Part shown: one piece after another, positions 37,398 to 46,991 of the stretch | Layout: each line of letters opens with the position of its first letter | Numbering within the stretch: position 1 is the stretch's first letter | From: Myxococcota bacterium | Lineage (GTDB): Bacteria; Myxococcota_A; UBA796; UBA2385 | Assembly: GCA_044344255.1 (NCBI GenBank) | Contig: JBIJDH010000003.1 | Span: 256,001-320,000, forward strand | Direction: 5' to 3' | DNA: 64,000 nt | Notes under the pieces: model-generated | The model's input: the letters and a program-made list of their open reading frames with translations, nothing else | Databases searched by the model: none | What the model was told of the DNA's origin: nothing | Position numbers and translations under genes: made by a program

Positions 37398-39170
37398 ATG
37401 AGCACCTTTCGACTCGCCCTCCTCGTCAGCCTCGCCCTCGCTGCTTGTAAGGGGAAGGGCTCGTCCAGCGACGAAGGGGGCGACGGCGGAGGGGACGCCG
37501 TCCTGGAGCTCTACCCCCCCAAGGGCGGGCAAGGTCAGACGGTCGACGTCTCGCTGAGCGCCTCGCGCTCCCTCTTTCAGTTCGGGGCGACGGAGGTTGA
37601 ATTCGGCGACGGCGTGATCGTGAACACGGTTGACGTCGATGACGGCTGGGGCGCACGCGCCAACGTCACCGTCGAGGCTGACGCCGCCCTCGGCCTGCGT
37701 GACGTCACCGTTCACTCCGGTGACCGAGACTATGACCTCCTCGGGAGCTTTGAGGTCATCTCGGAGAGCTTCGAGATCAGCCCCGCCCGCGCCCGCATCG
37801 GCGAGACCGTCGCGGTCGACATGGTCGGACACAACACCCAGTGGGAAGGGGGCGTCACCTGGCCCTCCTTCGGGGATGGGGTCACGGTGCAGGACTTCAC
37901 CATCCTGTCCGAGACCCTCGCGGAGGCCACGCTCTCGGTCGACACCGCCACCGCTCCCGGTTGGCGAAACGTCGTGATGGACAACGGCGGCGGAGACCTC
38001 GTCACCCTCTATGACGGCTTCCAGGTCGACCGCGTCGCCCTCGCCGCGACCTTCGATCCCGTGATCGCGGAGCAGGGCGAGACCGTCGAGTTCACGATCA
38101 AGGCCCGCGGGACGGACTTCCTCAGCAGCACTCCTCAGATCACCTTCTTCGACCGCTTCGGTGAGAACCCGGACATCGTGGTCGACACGGTCACGGTCCT
38201 CGACGCAGAGAACCTCTACGGGCAGATGACCCTCTCCAACGCCGCCGCCCTCGGTGACCGAGACGTGCTGCTGGCCACCCCGGGTGAGGGCGTGCTGATC
38301 CCCGATGCCTTCGAGGTGGTGAGCGGAGATTGGAACCTCGAAGAGGTGGCGATTGACCTCAGCTTCGTGGTGGTCCGTGAGAAGGACAACAACACCGGCG
38401 AGATATACGAGAGCGTCCGCGCGAGCGTCGTGTTCTACATCCCGCTTGACCCCCCTTGTCCCACGGGCGGGGGCTCTGGCTCTGGCTCCGGCTCCCTCGG
38501 CGATCCGTCCCCCTACGACGAGAACGGCGTCTGGGCCGTGACGGGCGAGGGCTCTGGCTCGGAGGAGGACTGCCCCTACCCGACGACCATCCCCGCCGGC
38601 GACTACGTCTGGCTCGAGTCGGCCGCCAACACCATCACGATGGACAAGGTGGAGGATCCCTCCACCGGCGGCGTGTACTACTCCGCCTCCGGCCTTACTT
38701 TCGACGACTACGTCACGAACAACTGGTACGACCTGCACACCCAGGGTCAGGTGGATGGCATCGGTGAGTACACGCTGCCCGCCGTGCAGCCCACCGTCCC
38801 CGCCGACTGGCAGTGGCTGAGCCCGGACCTCCACAACAACTACACGCACAACCGGGCCGAGGACTTCGCCTTCACCTGGACGCCGGCGATGACGTACCCG
38901 GACGCGATGTTCTTCGTGTCCATCTGGTCCAAGAGCGCGCCGGGGCCGATGGCGACGGAGAACTACGTCGGCTACGGCGCGGTCATCCCCTGGGATGATG
39001 GCTCTCACCAGTTCGCCGCCTCCGAGATGAGCCAGTTCGCGGCGGGGAGCGTGCCGGTCTACGCCTACAGCATCATCCAGGGCCCCGAGTTCGGTCTCCC
39101 GGAGAGCATCTACCAGGAGAACGTCGCGGTCTCCTACATCTACCTCGCCCAGTACATGGTCCTGGAGTAG
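37398..39170 (+). CDS. Acidic lipoprotein with three tandem Ig-like (IPT/TIG-type) repeats
   Basis: Lipobox 'LAAC'; three repeats of 'P.....G.TV.V...FGDGV.V.....A...V...AA.G.RDV.......F.V'. Confidence 0.7.
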   Translation: MSTFRLALLVSLALAACKGKGSSSDEGGDGGGDAVLELYPPKGGQGQTVDVSLSASRSLFQFGATEVEFGDGVIVNTVDVDDGWGARANVTVEADAALGLRDVTVHSGDRDYDLLGSFEVISESFEISPARARIGETVAVDMVGHNTQWEGGVTWPSFGDGVTVQDFTILSETLAEATLSVDTATAPGWRNVVMDNGGGDLVTLYDGFQVDRVALAATFDPVIAEQGETVEFTIKARGTDFLSSTPQITFFDRFGENPDIVVDTVTVLDAENLYGQMTLSNAAALGDRDVLLATPGEGVLIPDAFEVVSGDWNLEEVAIDLSFVVVREKDNNTGEIYESVRASVVFYIPLDPPCPTGGGSGSGSGSLGDPSPYDENGVWAVTGEGSGSEEDCPYPTTIPAGDYVWLESAANTITMDKVEDPSTGGVYYSASGLTFDDYVTNNWYDLHTQGQVDGIGEYTLPAVQPTVPADWQWLSPDLHNNYTHNRAEDFAFTWTPAMTYPDAMFFVSIWSKSAPGPMATENYVGYGAVIPWDDGSHQFAASEMSQFAAGSVPVYAYSIIQGPEFGLPESIYQENVAVSYIYLAQYMVLE

Positions 39171-39173
39171 GGC

Positions 39174-40073
39174 GTGCCCTTTCGATGGTCCCGGTTGACG
39201 GTCCTCCCCTTTGTGGTGTGCGTCGGAGTCCTCTCCGCCTGCAAGAACGACCAGGGTATCAATGAGCTCCGCTTCGAGAAGGTCGCGGTCGCCACCGGCG
39301 ACTTTGATCAGGTCGAGGACGCGCTAAATCGTGCGGGCGTCGCGCAGGAGGTCTACGAGGGCTACACGCAGGCCTCCGTCTACGACCCCGAGGCCGACCC
39401 TCAGCAGAATTCCTTGAAGATCGAGGCGCTCTTTCACGACGGAGACGAGAACGGCAACCCGATCCTCTACACCTACGACGCCGTCTTCCTGAACTCTGGG
39501 GCCCGCGGCTTCGGGAGCGTCGTCTACAACGACGTGGACGCCCCCGATGACGGGCTCGTCTCCGACCCGGTCGTGGTCACCGAGATCGCAGACTTCACGG
39601 CCCGCAGCCGCCTCGTCGTCGCCAGCGACTGGACCTACGACCTCGTCGAGGCCGCTTGGCCCGATCAGATCCAGTTCCTCAACGAGATCGAAGGCCTGGA
39701 CTCTGCGCAGGTGGGTATCAGCCCGAGCGTCATCGGCACCGTGACGGACACCGACATGGCGGACGCGCTCGGGGCCGATCAGGTCGAGCTGAACTTCGAC
39801 TTCAGCTACTGGGCGGTGATGGTGGACGCGGGGCCAGAGGCCAACGTACACGTCCGCGGTGACCTCGAGTACCGGGGAGAGGATGGGGAGGGCAGCCTCC
39901 GGCTCCAGGGCGTGCCGCTGCTCGTCTCGTTCAACACGGACGGCGGCGGCAAGGTGATCTACAGCGCTTTCTCTTGGCGGGCCCAGACGCAGCAGGTCAC
40001 CGACCTCATGCTCGCTTCGCTCATCGATGGCTTTGATGCCGGTAAATCCAGCGTGGGGGGCACCGATGGGTGA
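39174..40073 (+). CDS. Hypothetical acidic lipoprotein (class I glutamine amidotransferase-like fold possible)
   Basis: Lipobox 'LSAC'; 'VAVATGDFDQVEDAL', 'YDAVFLNSG', 'GGKVIYSAF'. Confidence 0.55.
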   Translation: MPFRWSRLTVLPFVVCVGVLSACKNDQGINELRFEKVAVATGDFDQVEDALNRAGVAQEVYEGYTQASVYDPEADPQQNSLKIEALFHDGDENGNPILYTYDAVFLNSGARGFGSVVYNDVDAPDDGLVSDPVVVTEIADFTARSRLVVASDWTYDLVEAAWPDQIQFLNEIEGLDSAQVGISPSVIGTVTDTDMADALGADQVELNFDFSYWAVMVDAGPEANVHVRGDLEYRGEDGEGSLRLQGVPLLVSFNTDGGGKVIYSAFSWRAQTQQVTDLMLASLIDGFDAGKSSVGGTDG

Positions 40074-41685
40074 TTCACCGAGAAGGGTGTGTGTCAGGGC
40101 TCCTTCCGGCATCGGCGGCCGGTGGGGCGCGCTCGGAGTCGGCGGGGCCCTCCTGGTCTCGGCGCTCGTGGGCTGCTCCGACTACAGCTACACGAGCCAG
40201 ACCAACAAGGACATCTTCCAACAGCGCCGACGGAACACCGTGGACGTTCTCATGGTGGTCGACAACTCGTGCTCGATGGCGGAGGAGCAGAACAAGCTCG
40301 CTTCGAACTTCGACGGATTCATCGAAGCCTTCAGCGGTGTCGATGTAGACTGGCAGATCGCGGTCACCACCACCGACACCCTCGACCCTGCACAGTCGGG
40401 TCACCTCCTCGGCGGTGATGATGAGGTCGTCCTCAAGTCGGCCGAGGGGCGGACGCTCGACCGCGTCGCCTGGAAGGCCACCTGGGGGATGACGGCGGGC
40501 GTGTCCCTGCAGCTCGATCGGGAGCTCCGCTCGCCCACGGACAACGACAGCCCGGAGAGCTGGTGCCCCTCGACGGCCAGCTTCGGTGACGGTGACCTCG
40601 GGAGCCCGGGCGCCGCCAACGAGAGCTGCGGAGCGCCCGTCGAAGAGGCCCCGCCGGTGGCCGATGACCTCGGTCCCCGCGAGCCGAACGCGAATGACAT
40701 CCTGTTCACCGAGATCATGGCTGATCCCTCCTCGGTGGCAGACGTCGCCGGAGAGTGGGTCGAGCTCCTCAACGTCTCGACCGACACCCTGGATCTCAGC
40801 GGCTGCGTGCTCGGAGATGAGGGCCGCAACAGCTTCGAGGTCCCCGCGGGGACGACGGTGGCGCCGGGCGCGACCGTCGTGTTCGGGCGCTCTGCCGACC
40901 TCGGCGTCAACGGGGGAGTGGTCGTTCAGGTTGAGACCCAGACCGCGATGACCCTCAACAACGACATCAAGGTGCTCACCCCCGACACCGAGGGCGCCGA
41001 CGAGATCTTCGGTGAGCTGGTGGCGGTCGGTGTCACGGGCTCCGGGATCGAGTCCGGCCTCGACGCGTCACGCCTCGCCCTCTCCGAGCCCCTCCTCTCC
41101 GGGGACAACGCGGGTTTTGTTCGCGAAGAGGCGAACATCTCGCTCATCTACGTCTCGGATGAGAACGACTACTCGCGCGACGGCGTCAGCGACTACCTCA
41201 CGTTCTTCCGCGACCTGAAGGGCGAGGATGCTTGGCGGGATCCGAGCTTCGTCACCATCAGCGCGGTGGCTGGCATTGAGGCCCCCGCCTACGAAGGGCA
41301 GCCCTCCTGCGAGTCCTCCAACGGCTTCGCGGCGTACGGCATCCGCTACGTCGATCTCGCCGCGCGCACCGACGGGGCGATCGAGAGCATCTGCAACGAG
41401 GACTTCTCGCCCATCGCGGCCGAGCTCGGGCTCACCGTCTCGGGGCTGGACGTCGAGTTCTTGCTCTCCGAGCAGCCGGTCATCTCGAGCCTCGTCGTCA
41501 AGCTGTACGAGACCGACGCCGAGAGCAGCCTGATGGGCGAGCTCGTGATCGACGTGGACTTCAGCTACGACGACGTGAAGAACGCCGTTGTCTTCGCGCC
41601 GCAGCAGGTCCCCCCGAGCCAGGCCTACATCGTGGCCGAATACAAGGTGGCGGCAGAGGGCGTCACCCAGGAGTCCGATCAATGA
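40066..41685 (+). CDS. vWA-domain lipoprotein with inserted lamin-tail (LTD)-like domain
   Basis: Lipobox 'LVGC'; MIDAS 'DVLMVVDNSCSM', 'IAVTTTD', 'LIYVSDEND'; LTD motifs 'TEIMADP...EWVELLN...LDLSG' and 'GSPGAAN'. Confidence 0.8.
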   Translation: MGDSPRRVCVRAPSGIGGRWGALGVGGALLVSALVGCSDYSYTSQTNKDIFQQRRRNTVDVLMVVDNSCSMAEEQNKLASNFDGFIEAFSGVDVDWQIAVTTTDTLDPAQSGHLLGGDDEVVLKSAEGRTLDRVAWKATWGMTAGVSLQLDRELRSPTDNDSPESWCPSTASFGDGDLGSPGAANESCGAPVEEAPPVADDLGPREPNANDILFTEIMADPSSVADVAGEWVELLNVSTDTLDLSGCVLGDEGRNSFEVPAGTTVAPGATVVFGRSADLGVNGGVVVQVETQTAMTLNNDIKVLTPDTEGADEIFGELVAVGVTGSGIESGLDASRLALSEPLLSGDNAGFVREEANISLIYVSDENDYSRDGVSDYLTFFRDLKGEDAWRDPSFVTISAVAGIEAPAYEGQPSCESSNGFAAYGIRYVDLAARTDGAIESICNEDFSPIAAELGLTVSGLDVEFLLSEQPVISSLVVKLYETDAESSLMGELVIDVDFSYDDVKNAVVFAPQQVPPSQAYIVAEYKVAAEGVTQESDQ

Positions 41686-42353
41686 TCAGGGGCGTGGCGC
41701 TGGTGCTGCTGGTGGGGCTGGGTGCGGGCTGCAAGGAGGATCAGGCGCAGTGCTCGGAGGCCTCGCCCTGCGAGGGCTTCGGGGAGACCTGCGTCCGCGG
41801 TGAGTGTGTGTCGCGGTCCTGTGCGAACAGCAGCCAGTGTCCGATGGAGCAGTTTTGCGAAGACGGATCTTGTGCCGAGGGCTGCGCCGAGGACTCCGAC
41901 TGTTATGCGGACAGCTTCTGCGCCGAGGGTAAGTGTGCCGCTTCGGGCTGCCGAGAGACCTCGCTCGACTGCGACTTCAAGGAGTTCTGTGATGTCGCGA
42001 CGGGCGACTGCTACGAGGCCGCTGGGTACTATTGTCGCGAGTGTCAGGACGACGCGGACTGTGGGGGCAACGGGAATACCTGCCTCGGCTTCGGAATGTA
42101 CGGAAACTACTGCGGCGTGACGTGTGAGACCTCGCTGGACTGCCCTGCCACGTTTGACTGTGTTCCCATCTCGGATTCCAGCGGTAACATCATCAGTCAG
42201 CAGTGCCTCACCTATTGCTGGATCTACATCACCGACGAAGAGGCAGCGCGGGTGGCGGCGGACACCCAGGGGCAGCCGGTCCCCGAGCCCACCCCGGTCG
42301 AGTCGCTGGTCTGCCCGGTCGAGCGCGAAGGCGCAGGAGCGATTCGTCGATGA
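41682..42353 (+). CDS. Cysteine-rich repeat lipoprotein
   Basis: Lipobox 'GAGC'; repeated C-x4/5-C-x5-C-x4-C modules. Confidence 0.75.
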   Translation: MIRGVALVLLVGLGAGCKEDQAQCSEASPCEGFGETCVRGECVSRSCANSSQCPMEQFCEDGSCAEGCAEDSDCYADSFCAEGKCAASGCRETSLDCDFKEFCDVATGDCYEAAGYYCRECQDDADCGGNGNTCLGFGMYGNYCGVTCETSLDCPATFDCVPISDSSGNIISQQCLTYCWIYITDEEAARVAADTQGQPVPEPTPVESLVCPVEREGAGAIRR

Positions 42354-45145
42354 GCATGGTCACGCCTGATCTCTCGCCTGACCGCTCGTCGAGACGCCGC
42401 GCCGCCCCTGCCCTTTGTTGGGCAGCGGTGCTCCTTTGCTCCGGCCTCAGCGTCTTCGGCCTTGGCTGCTCGGACAAGGGGGAGGGTGACGGGGATGGCT
42501 CGTTAGCCGTCGGCCCCGAGCTCGAGCACACGCCGCCGACGGGTGAGCTCGTCGAAGGTGCGGTGCTGAGCCTCGATCTCCTCGCCACCGACTCCGATGG
42601 CGTGCGCTCGGCGGTGGCCTACCATCGAAATACCGGCGAAGAGTTCTGGGACTCCACTCCCCTGACCGGCGACGGCGACACCTGGACGGGCACCGTCGAT
42701 GGGCTGATCGTCCCTGGGGTCGACTACTACTTCAAGGCCACGGACGGTGGTGACCCGGAGGCCACGAGCTATCTGCCCGCCGAGGGCCCGGAGGCTCCCT
42801 TCAGCCTCGCGGTGAGCCCGACCACGCAGGGCCTCCCCTTCTTGGAGGACTTTGAGGAGACGGACGTCGAGGTGTCTCTGTTCACGATGGGCTGGTGGAC
42901 CCCGAGCGTCGGCGTCAACACCTACCCCTGGACCTTGAACACGGACCGAGCCAGCAGCGGTTCGGGGAGCGCCTTCCACCCTCGCGGCTACGTCGGGGCC
43001 ATCGAAGACTGGCTCATCTCTCCCGCCCTCGACTTCCGGTCGCTCGACGCGATCATGGTGCGGTGGAGCGAGTACGGCGCCGCGACTGACGCCCTCGAGG
43101 GGCACGCGCTCTACCTCTCCACCGGCTCCCGCGATCCTGCGGACGGCGGGTACACGTTGGTGGAGGCCGCGCTTCCGGCGCCCCCCGAAGACGAGTGGGG
43201 CCCCTCCAACGGCTACGATCTCAGCGCCTGGGCCGGTGAGCCGGTCGTCTACCTCGCATGGGTCTACACCGGCACCGACGCCTCGGACGACTGGTACATC
43301 GACGAGGTCTCGGTCGGCCCGCTCGTGGCCGATCTCGACGCCAGCTTGCTGTCTTGGAGCCCCGATCCTGTTCGGCCGGGTGAGACCACCACGGTGACGG
43401 TGCAGATCACCAACGACTCCCCGGCCCTGGCCGACGGGCTCAGCGCGAGCCTCACGTTCCCGGACGGCGGCGCTTCGACGGACGGCGCGGCCGTCCCGGT
43501 GGTCGACCTCGACCCGCACACCACCACCGAGGCCGACTTCAGCGTCACCATCGACGCCGCCGCCGCTGATAACCACCGCCTCCCGGTGGAGCTCACGGTG
43601 ACGGACGGGGAGGAGGTCTGGAGCTGGGACCTCGAGATGATCATCGGGCGGCCGAGCTCGGCGGTGTTGAGCCTCTCCCTCACCGAGTCGGCGCTCACCA
43701 GCGTCTCCGTGGGGCAGGGTGATCCCGACGCCCCCACGCTCGAGCTCGACGTGCTGGCCGCCACTCTGCCGGCCGGAGCGAGCGAGGTTGAGGTCGATCT
43801 GACCGACTACATCGACCTCCTCCCGCCCGGCCCCGGCCCCGACCGCTGGTTCGCCCGCGTGCAGTCGGCCTCGGAGGGTAGCCTCACCCGCCTCTCTATT
43901 GACACCGCCGGCGCAGTCAGCTCCTCCACCAACACGGTCTACCTGCCGCCCGACACAGAGGCCCTGATCTACGATCCCGAGCCCCCGGTGCCGGCGCTGG
44001 TGACCATCAGCACCGCACCCTCGTCGGTGAAGCCGGGCGACGTGGTGAGCCTGTCCCTGACAGTGGGAAACAACGGCGCCGCCTCGGCCGGGCCGGTCAC
44101 GGCCACGCTGGTCTCTACCCACGCCGACCTCTCCGTCCTCACGCCCGATCCGATCACGGTCGACGGCGACGTCTGGAGCCCGGGGGAGTACCACGGCCTC
44201 TCGGCCCTCCAGGTCGCGGTGTCGCCGCTGCACCGCGACTCCACCGATCTCACATTCCAGCTCGTCTTCAGCGACGGCGTCGAGACCTGGGCCGTGGACG
44301 GCGCCTTCGCGGTCCCGATGCCGGTGATGAAGATCATCCGCGTGACCGTGATCGACGATGGGGCCGACGGCATCCTCGACCCCGACGAGTCGGCGGAGCT
44401 GGAGATCGAGGTCGCCAACGTGGGCGACGCCGCCTCCTCCGGGCTGCTGGCCGGCGTGCTCTCGGTGGAGGCCAGCTCCACGGCGCCGGCCACCCTCTCC
44501 GCGGACTCGGGTAGCTTCGGCCTCATCGGCGTCGGCTCGTCCCGCGACCAGGACGGCTTCTTGATCGACGTGGTCGGTGGCAGCGCGGGGGACACGGTCG
44601 ACCTGCTCTTGACCCTCACTGACTCCGCGAACACCTATGAGGCGCGCACCCAGCTCGTCCTCGGCGAGATGCCCTGGTCGACCCTCACCACCGCGGAGGA
44701 CGCCACCGGTGACACCCTCGGCGGCTACGGCTTCGACTTCCACACCGGGGAGTATCGGGTGCAGAGCGGCGTCGTCGAGCTCCGCCTGACCTCGGCGGTC
44801 ACCTTCGACCCGAACACGCTCTTCATCGAGGCTTGGGGGTCGGGCGGCGCCAGCCCCTACACCTACTACATCTGGATCCTGCAGTCGGGCGCCACTTCGA
44901 TGCGCGGCTACGATGACTCGGGCTTCCACGACATCGGGGCGCTCGCGGTGGACTTCCCCGACACCGAGACCGTCGTGCTGAGCTGGGACACCGCTGACAT
45001 GGCGGTGGCCACCAACGGCTTCAGCCTCGGCTTCGGCGCGGGCTGGTGTGGGCCCCCCGAGTACTACTGCGACCAGTTCCCAGACGGCTGGGGTTACCCC
45101 TACGACACCTTCAGCCCCTCGGACTGGTTCAGCATCGAGTGGTGA
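42350..45145 (+). CDS. Large acidic surface lipoprotein with cleaved-adhesin/choice-of-anchor-J-like and CARDB-like Ig domains
   Basis: Lipobox 'GLGC'; 'FLEDFE...DWLISPALD...VVYLAWVY...WYIDEVSV'; repeated 'V.PG....L.V...N.G' modules. Confidence 0.65.
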   Translation: MSMVTPDLSPDRSSRRRAAPALCWAAVLLCSGLSVFGLGCSDKGEGDGDGSLAVGPELEHTPPTGELVEGAVLSLDLLATDSDGVRSAVAYHRNTGEEFWDSTPLTGDGDTWTGTVDGLIVPGVDYYFKATDGGDPEATSYLPAEGPEAPFSLAVSPTTQGLPFLEDFEETDVEVSLFTMGWWTPSVGVNTYPWTLNTDRASSGSGSAFHPRGYVGAIEDWLISPALDFRSLDAIMVRWSEYGAATDALEGHALYLSTGSRDPADGGYTLVEAALPAPPEDEWGPSNGYDLSAWAGEPVVYLAWVYTGTDASDDWYIDEVSVGPLVADLDASLLSWSPDPVRPGETTTVTVQITNDSPALADGLSASLTFPDGGASTDGAAVPVVDLDPHTTTEADFSVTIDAAAADNHRLPVELTVTDGEEVWSWDLEMIIGRPSSAVLSLSLTESALTSVSVGQGDPDAPTLELDVLAATLPAGASEVEVDLTDYIDLLPPGPGPDRWFARVQSASEGSLTRLSIDTAGAVSSSTNTVYLPPDTEALIYDPEPPVPALVTISTAPSSVKPGDVVSLSLTVGNNGAASAGPVTATLVSTHADLSVLTPDPITVDGDVWSPGEYHGLSALQVAVSPLHRDSTDLTFQLVFSDGVETWAVDGAFAVPMPVMKIIRVTVIDDGADGILDPDESAELEIEVANVGDAASSGLLAGVLSVEASSTAPATLSADSGSFGLIGVGSSRDQDGFLIDVVGGSAGDTVDLLLTLTDSANTYEARTQLVLGEMPWSTLTTAEDATGDTLGGYGFDFHTGEYRVQSGVVELRLTSAVTFDPNTLFIEAWGSGGASPYTYYIWILQSGATSMRGYDDSGFHDIGALAVDFPDTETVVLSWDTADMAVATNGFSLGFGAGWCGPPEYYCDQFPDGWGYPYDTFSPSDWFSIEW

Positions 45146-45194
45146 GCGACGGAGGCGCCGGCGGCGAGGGGCGCACCGCCGCCCCGAACGTAAG

Positions 45195-45289
45195 AGCGGC
45201 CTGATCCGGGGAGGGTCAGGCCGCTGTCGTTGGAGATGTCGCGTTCAGAGTAACCAGCGGCCGGCCCTTCGGGAGGGCCGCTCGCCGCT
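45195..45289. terminator. Pair of GC-rich hairpins between convergent genes (probable terminators)
   Basis: AGCGGCCTGA..TCAGGCCGCT (45195-45225) and CGGCCCT..AGGGCCG with outer AGCGGC/GCCGCT (45256-45289); no clear U-tract. Confidence 0.5.
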
Positions 45290-45292
45290 CGG

Positions 45293-46342
45293 TCACTTCT
45301 TGAGCTGCTTCGGGACCGCGCGGATCTGCACGATGTCGATCGAGGCCTCCACGAAGCCCTCCGAGACCATCTTCACCTCGACCCCGTCCGTCCAGCGTTC
45401 GTTGAGCTTGGGGTCGAGCAGGGCCTCCTTGGCGAAGGCGGTCTGCGTCATCAGGCGGGGCAGCCCGGCCTTGTCCTTCTTGTCCGGGCTCAGCGTGCCC
45501 ACCATCACGTTGTCGAAGGGGGGGATGTCCCCCTCGACCTGGAACTCCTTCTCCTCGAGGACGCGGTCGTTCTTGTCCTTGATCGTGGCCTTCAAGATGA
45601 TGTCGGTCATCTCGAACTTGGCCTTGTTCTGGAGCACGAAGGAGAACACGGTGATGTTCTCTCGCTTCTGGTCGGGGAGCTGCAGCCAGCTCGAGTTCTT
45701 CACGAAGACGTAGCGGTCGGGGTTGTAGATGGGGTCGTAGTCTTCGCGGGTGGTGGAGTCTGCGAAGAAGTACGCGGGGATGACCGCGTCAACGGCGACC
45801 CAGCCCTTCGCGCCCTGAGCTGCCTGGACCTCGTAGAAGCCGCCGCGCTTGGCGAGGAGCTGGATCTTGGAGTCCTTCGGCGCGGTGCCGGCGCTGGCGG
45901 CCCCCGCCTTGGGCTCGGAGAGGAGGTTGGCCGGGTTGGCGGTCACCAGCATCTCGGTGAGGGCCATCCCGCCCTCGCCGCCCAACAGCTCCATGTCGGC
46001 GTCGGCCATCTGGGTGTACAGCCGGTAAAAGGCGGTCGCCGAGATGCCCGCGACGATGAGCAATACGACCGCGATGGCGAGGGTCGGCACCTTGCGGCCG
46101 CTCGACGCGGGGGAGTCGTCGATGAGCGGCGCCGCCCGGCGAAAGGACTCCTTCAGCTCTGGGATCTCGGAGGCGTACAGCCAGTCGCTCGCGCCCGGCG
46201 GCTGGATCATGTCCACTTGCTGGATGCGGCCCTGCGCCGCCATCTTTCGGAGCTCGGCCAGGTTGGGGACGGAAAATTGCTGCCCACCCTGGGTGACGCG
46301 CCAGTTGGTCTTTCCGGTACCCGAATTCGCTTGGCCAGACAT
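45293..46342 (-). CDS. GYF_2-like domain + TM + bacterial SH3 + Ig-like domain protein
   Basis: 'AELRKMAAQGRI...DWLYASEIPEL' (GYF_2-like); 'IQLLAKRGGFYEV...KGWV' (SH3b). Confidence 0.65.
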   Translation of the reverse strand: MSGQANSGTGKTNWRVTQGGQQFSVPNLAELRKMAAQGRIQQVDMIQPPGASDWLYASEIPELKESFRRAAPLIDDSPASSGRKVPTLAIAVVLLIVAGISATAFYRLYTQMADADMELLGGEGGMALTEMLVTANPANLLSEPKAGAASAGTAPKDSKIQLLAKRGGFYEVQAAQGAKGWVAVDAVIPAYFFADSTTREDYDPIYNPDRYVFVKNSSWLQLPDQKRENITVFSFVLQNKAKFEMTDIILKATIKDKNDRVLEEKEFQVEGDIPPFDNVMVGTLSPDKKDKAGLPRLMTQTAFAKEALLDPKLNERWTDGVEVKMVSEGFVEASIDIVQIRAVPKQLKK

Positions 46343-46538
46343 GGCTCCTCCCCAAGATTACTTTCCCAAGATGGCTTGGACCGGTGCAAGGTTTACGAGG
46401 GATGAGGGTGGGGGTCAAGGTGAGGGGACCCCGACTCGGGAGGATTGACCCGGTCTTTGCATCCATGCGGGCGCCGAAGACATCGGTGCCAAGCGGCTGG
46501 CTGACCGATTCGGCGTTGGATATCCATTCGGCGCGAGT

Positions 46539-46979
46539 GTGCCCTTGCCCTTCACCCCTCTCCGCCTCTTGATCCTGATCGACGACGACCGCGGCTGGTG
46601 TGGGCGGGTGGTCCAGGCGATGAAGGAGATGCTCGAGCATCGGGCCTTCCTCGTCGACGTCCACCGCATCCAGGACGGCCCGATCGACGTGCGGGCGTAT
46701 CGCGGCCTCGTGGTGGGCTCTCCCGTCTACGGCGTGGGCCTCCGCGGCGTCGGCCCCACCGAGGCGCTCACCCGCTTCGTGCAGGCGCTGCCGGACCTTG
46801 AGGGCAAGAAGGCGGCGGTCTTCTGCGTGTATCCGCTGCGGCCGGGGCTCACGCTCGACCGCATGAAGGGCCTGATGCTGGAGAAGGGCTGCGAGCTGGT
46901 CGCCGCGCACCCCTACAGCCTGCTGCGCCCGTCGGGGGAGCACATCATCCCGGCGGAGTGCATGGTGCGGATCCGCTGA
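46539..46979 (+). CDS. Flavodoxin-like protein
   Basis: 'YRGLVVGSPVYG', 'LEGKKAAVFC'. Confidence 0.7.
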   Translation: MPLPFTPLRLLILIDDDRGWCGRVVQAMKEMLEHRAFLVDVHRIQDGPIDVRAYRGLVVGSPVYGVGLRGVGPTEALTRFVQALPDLEGKKAAVFCVYPLRPGLTLDRMKGLMLEKGCELVAAHPYSLLRPSGEHIIPAECMVRIR

Positions 46980-46991
46980 GCCCGTCGGCCC

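Noticed and set aside
45146..45292. Structured intergenic region as an ncRNA
   Set aside because: Two simple hairpins between convergent genes are adequately explained as terminators; no recognisable RNA family motif.
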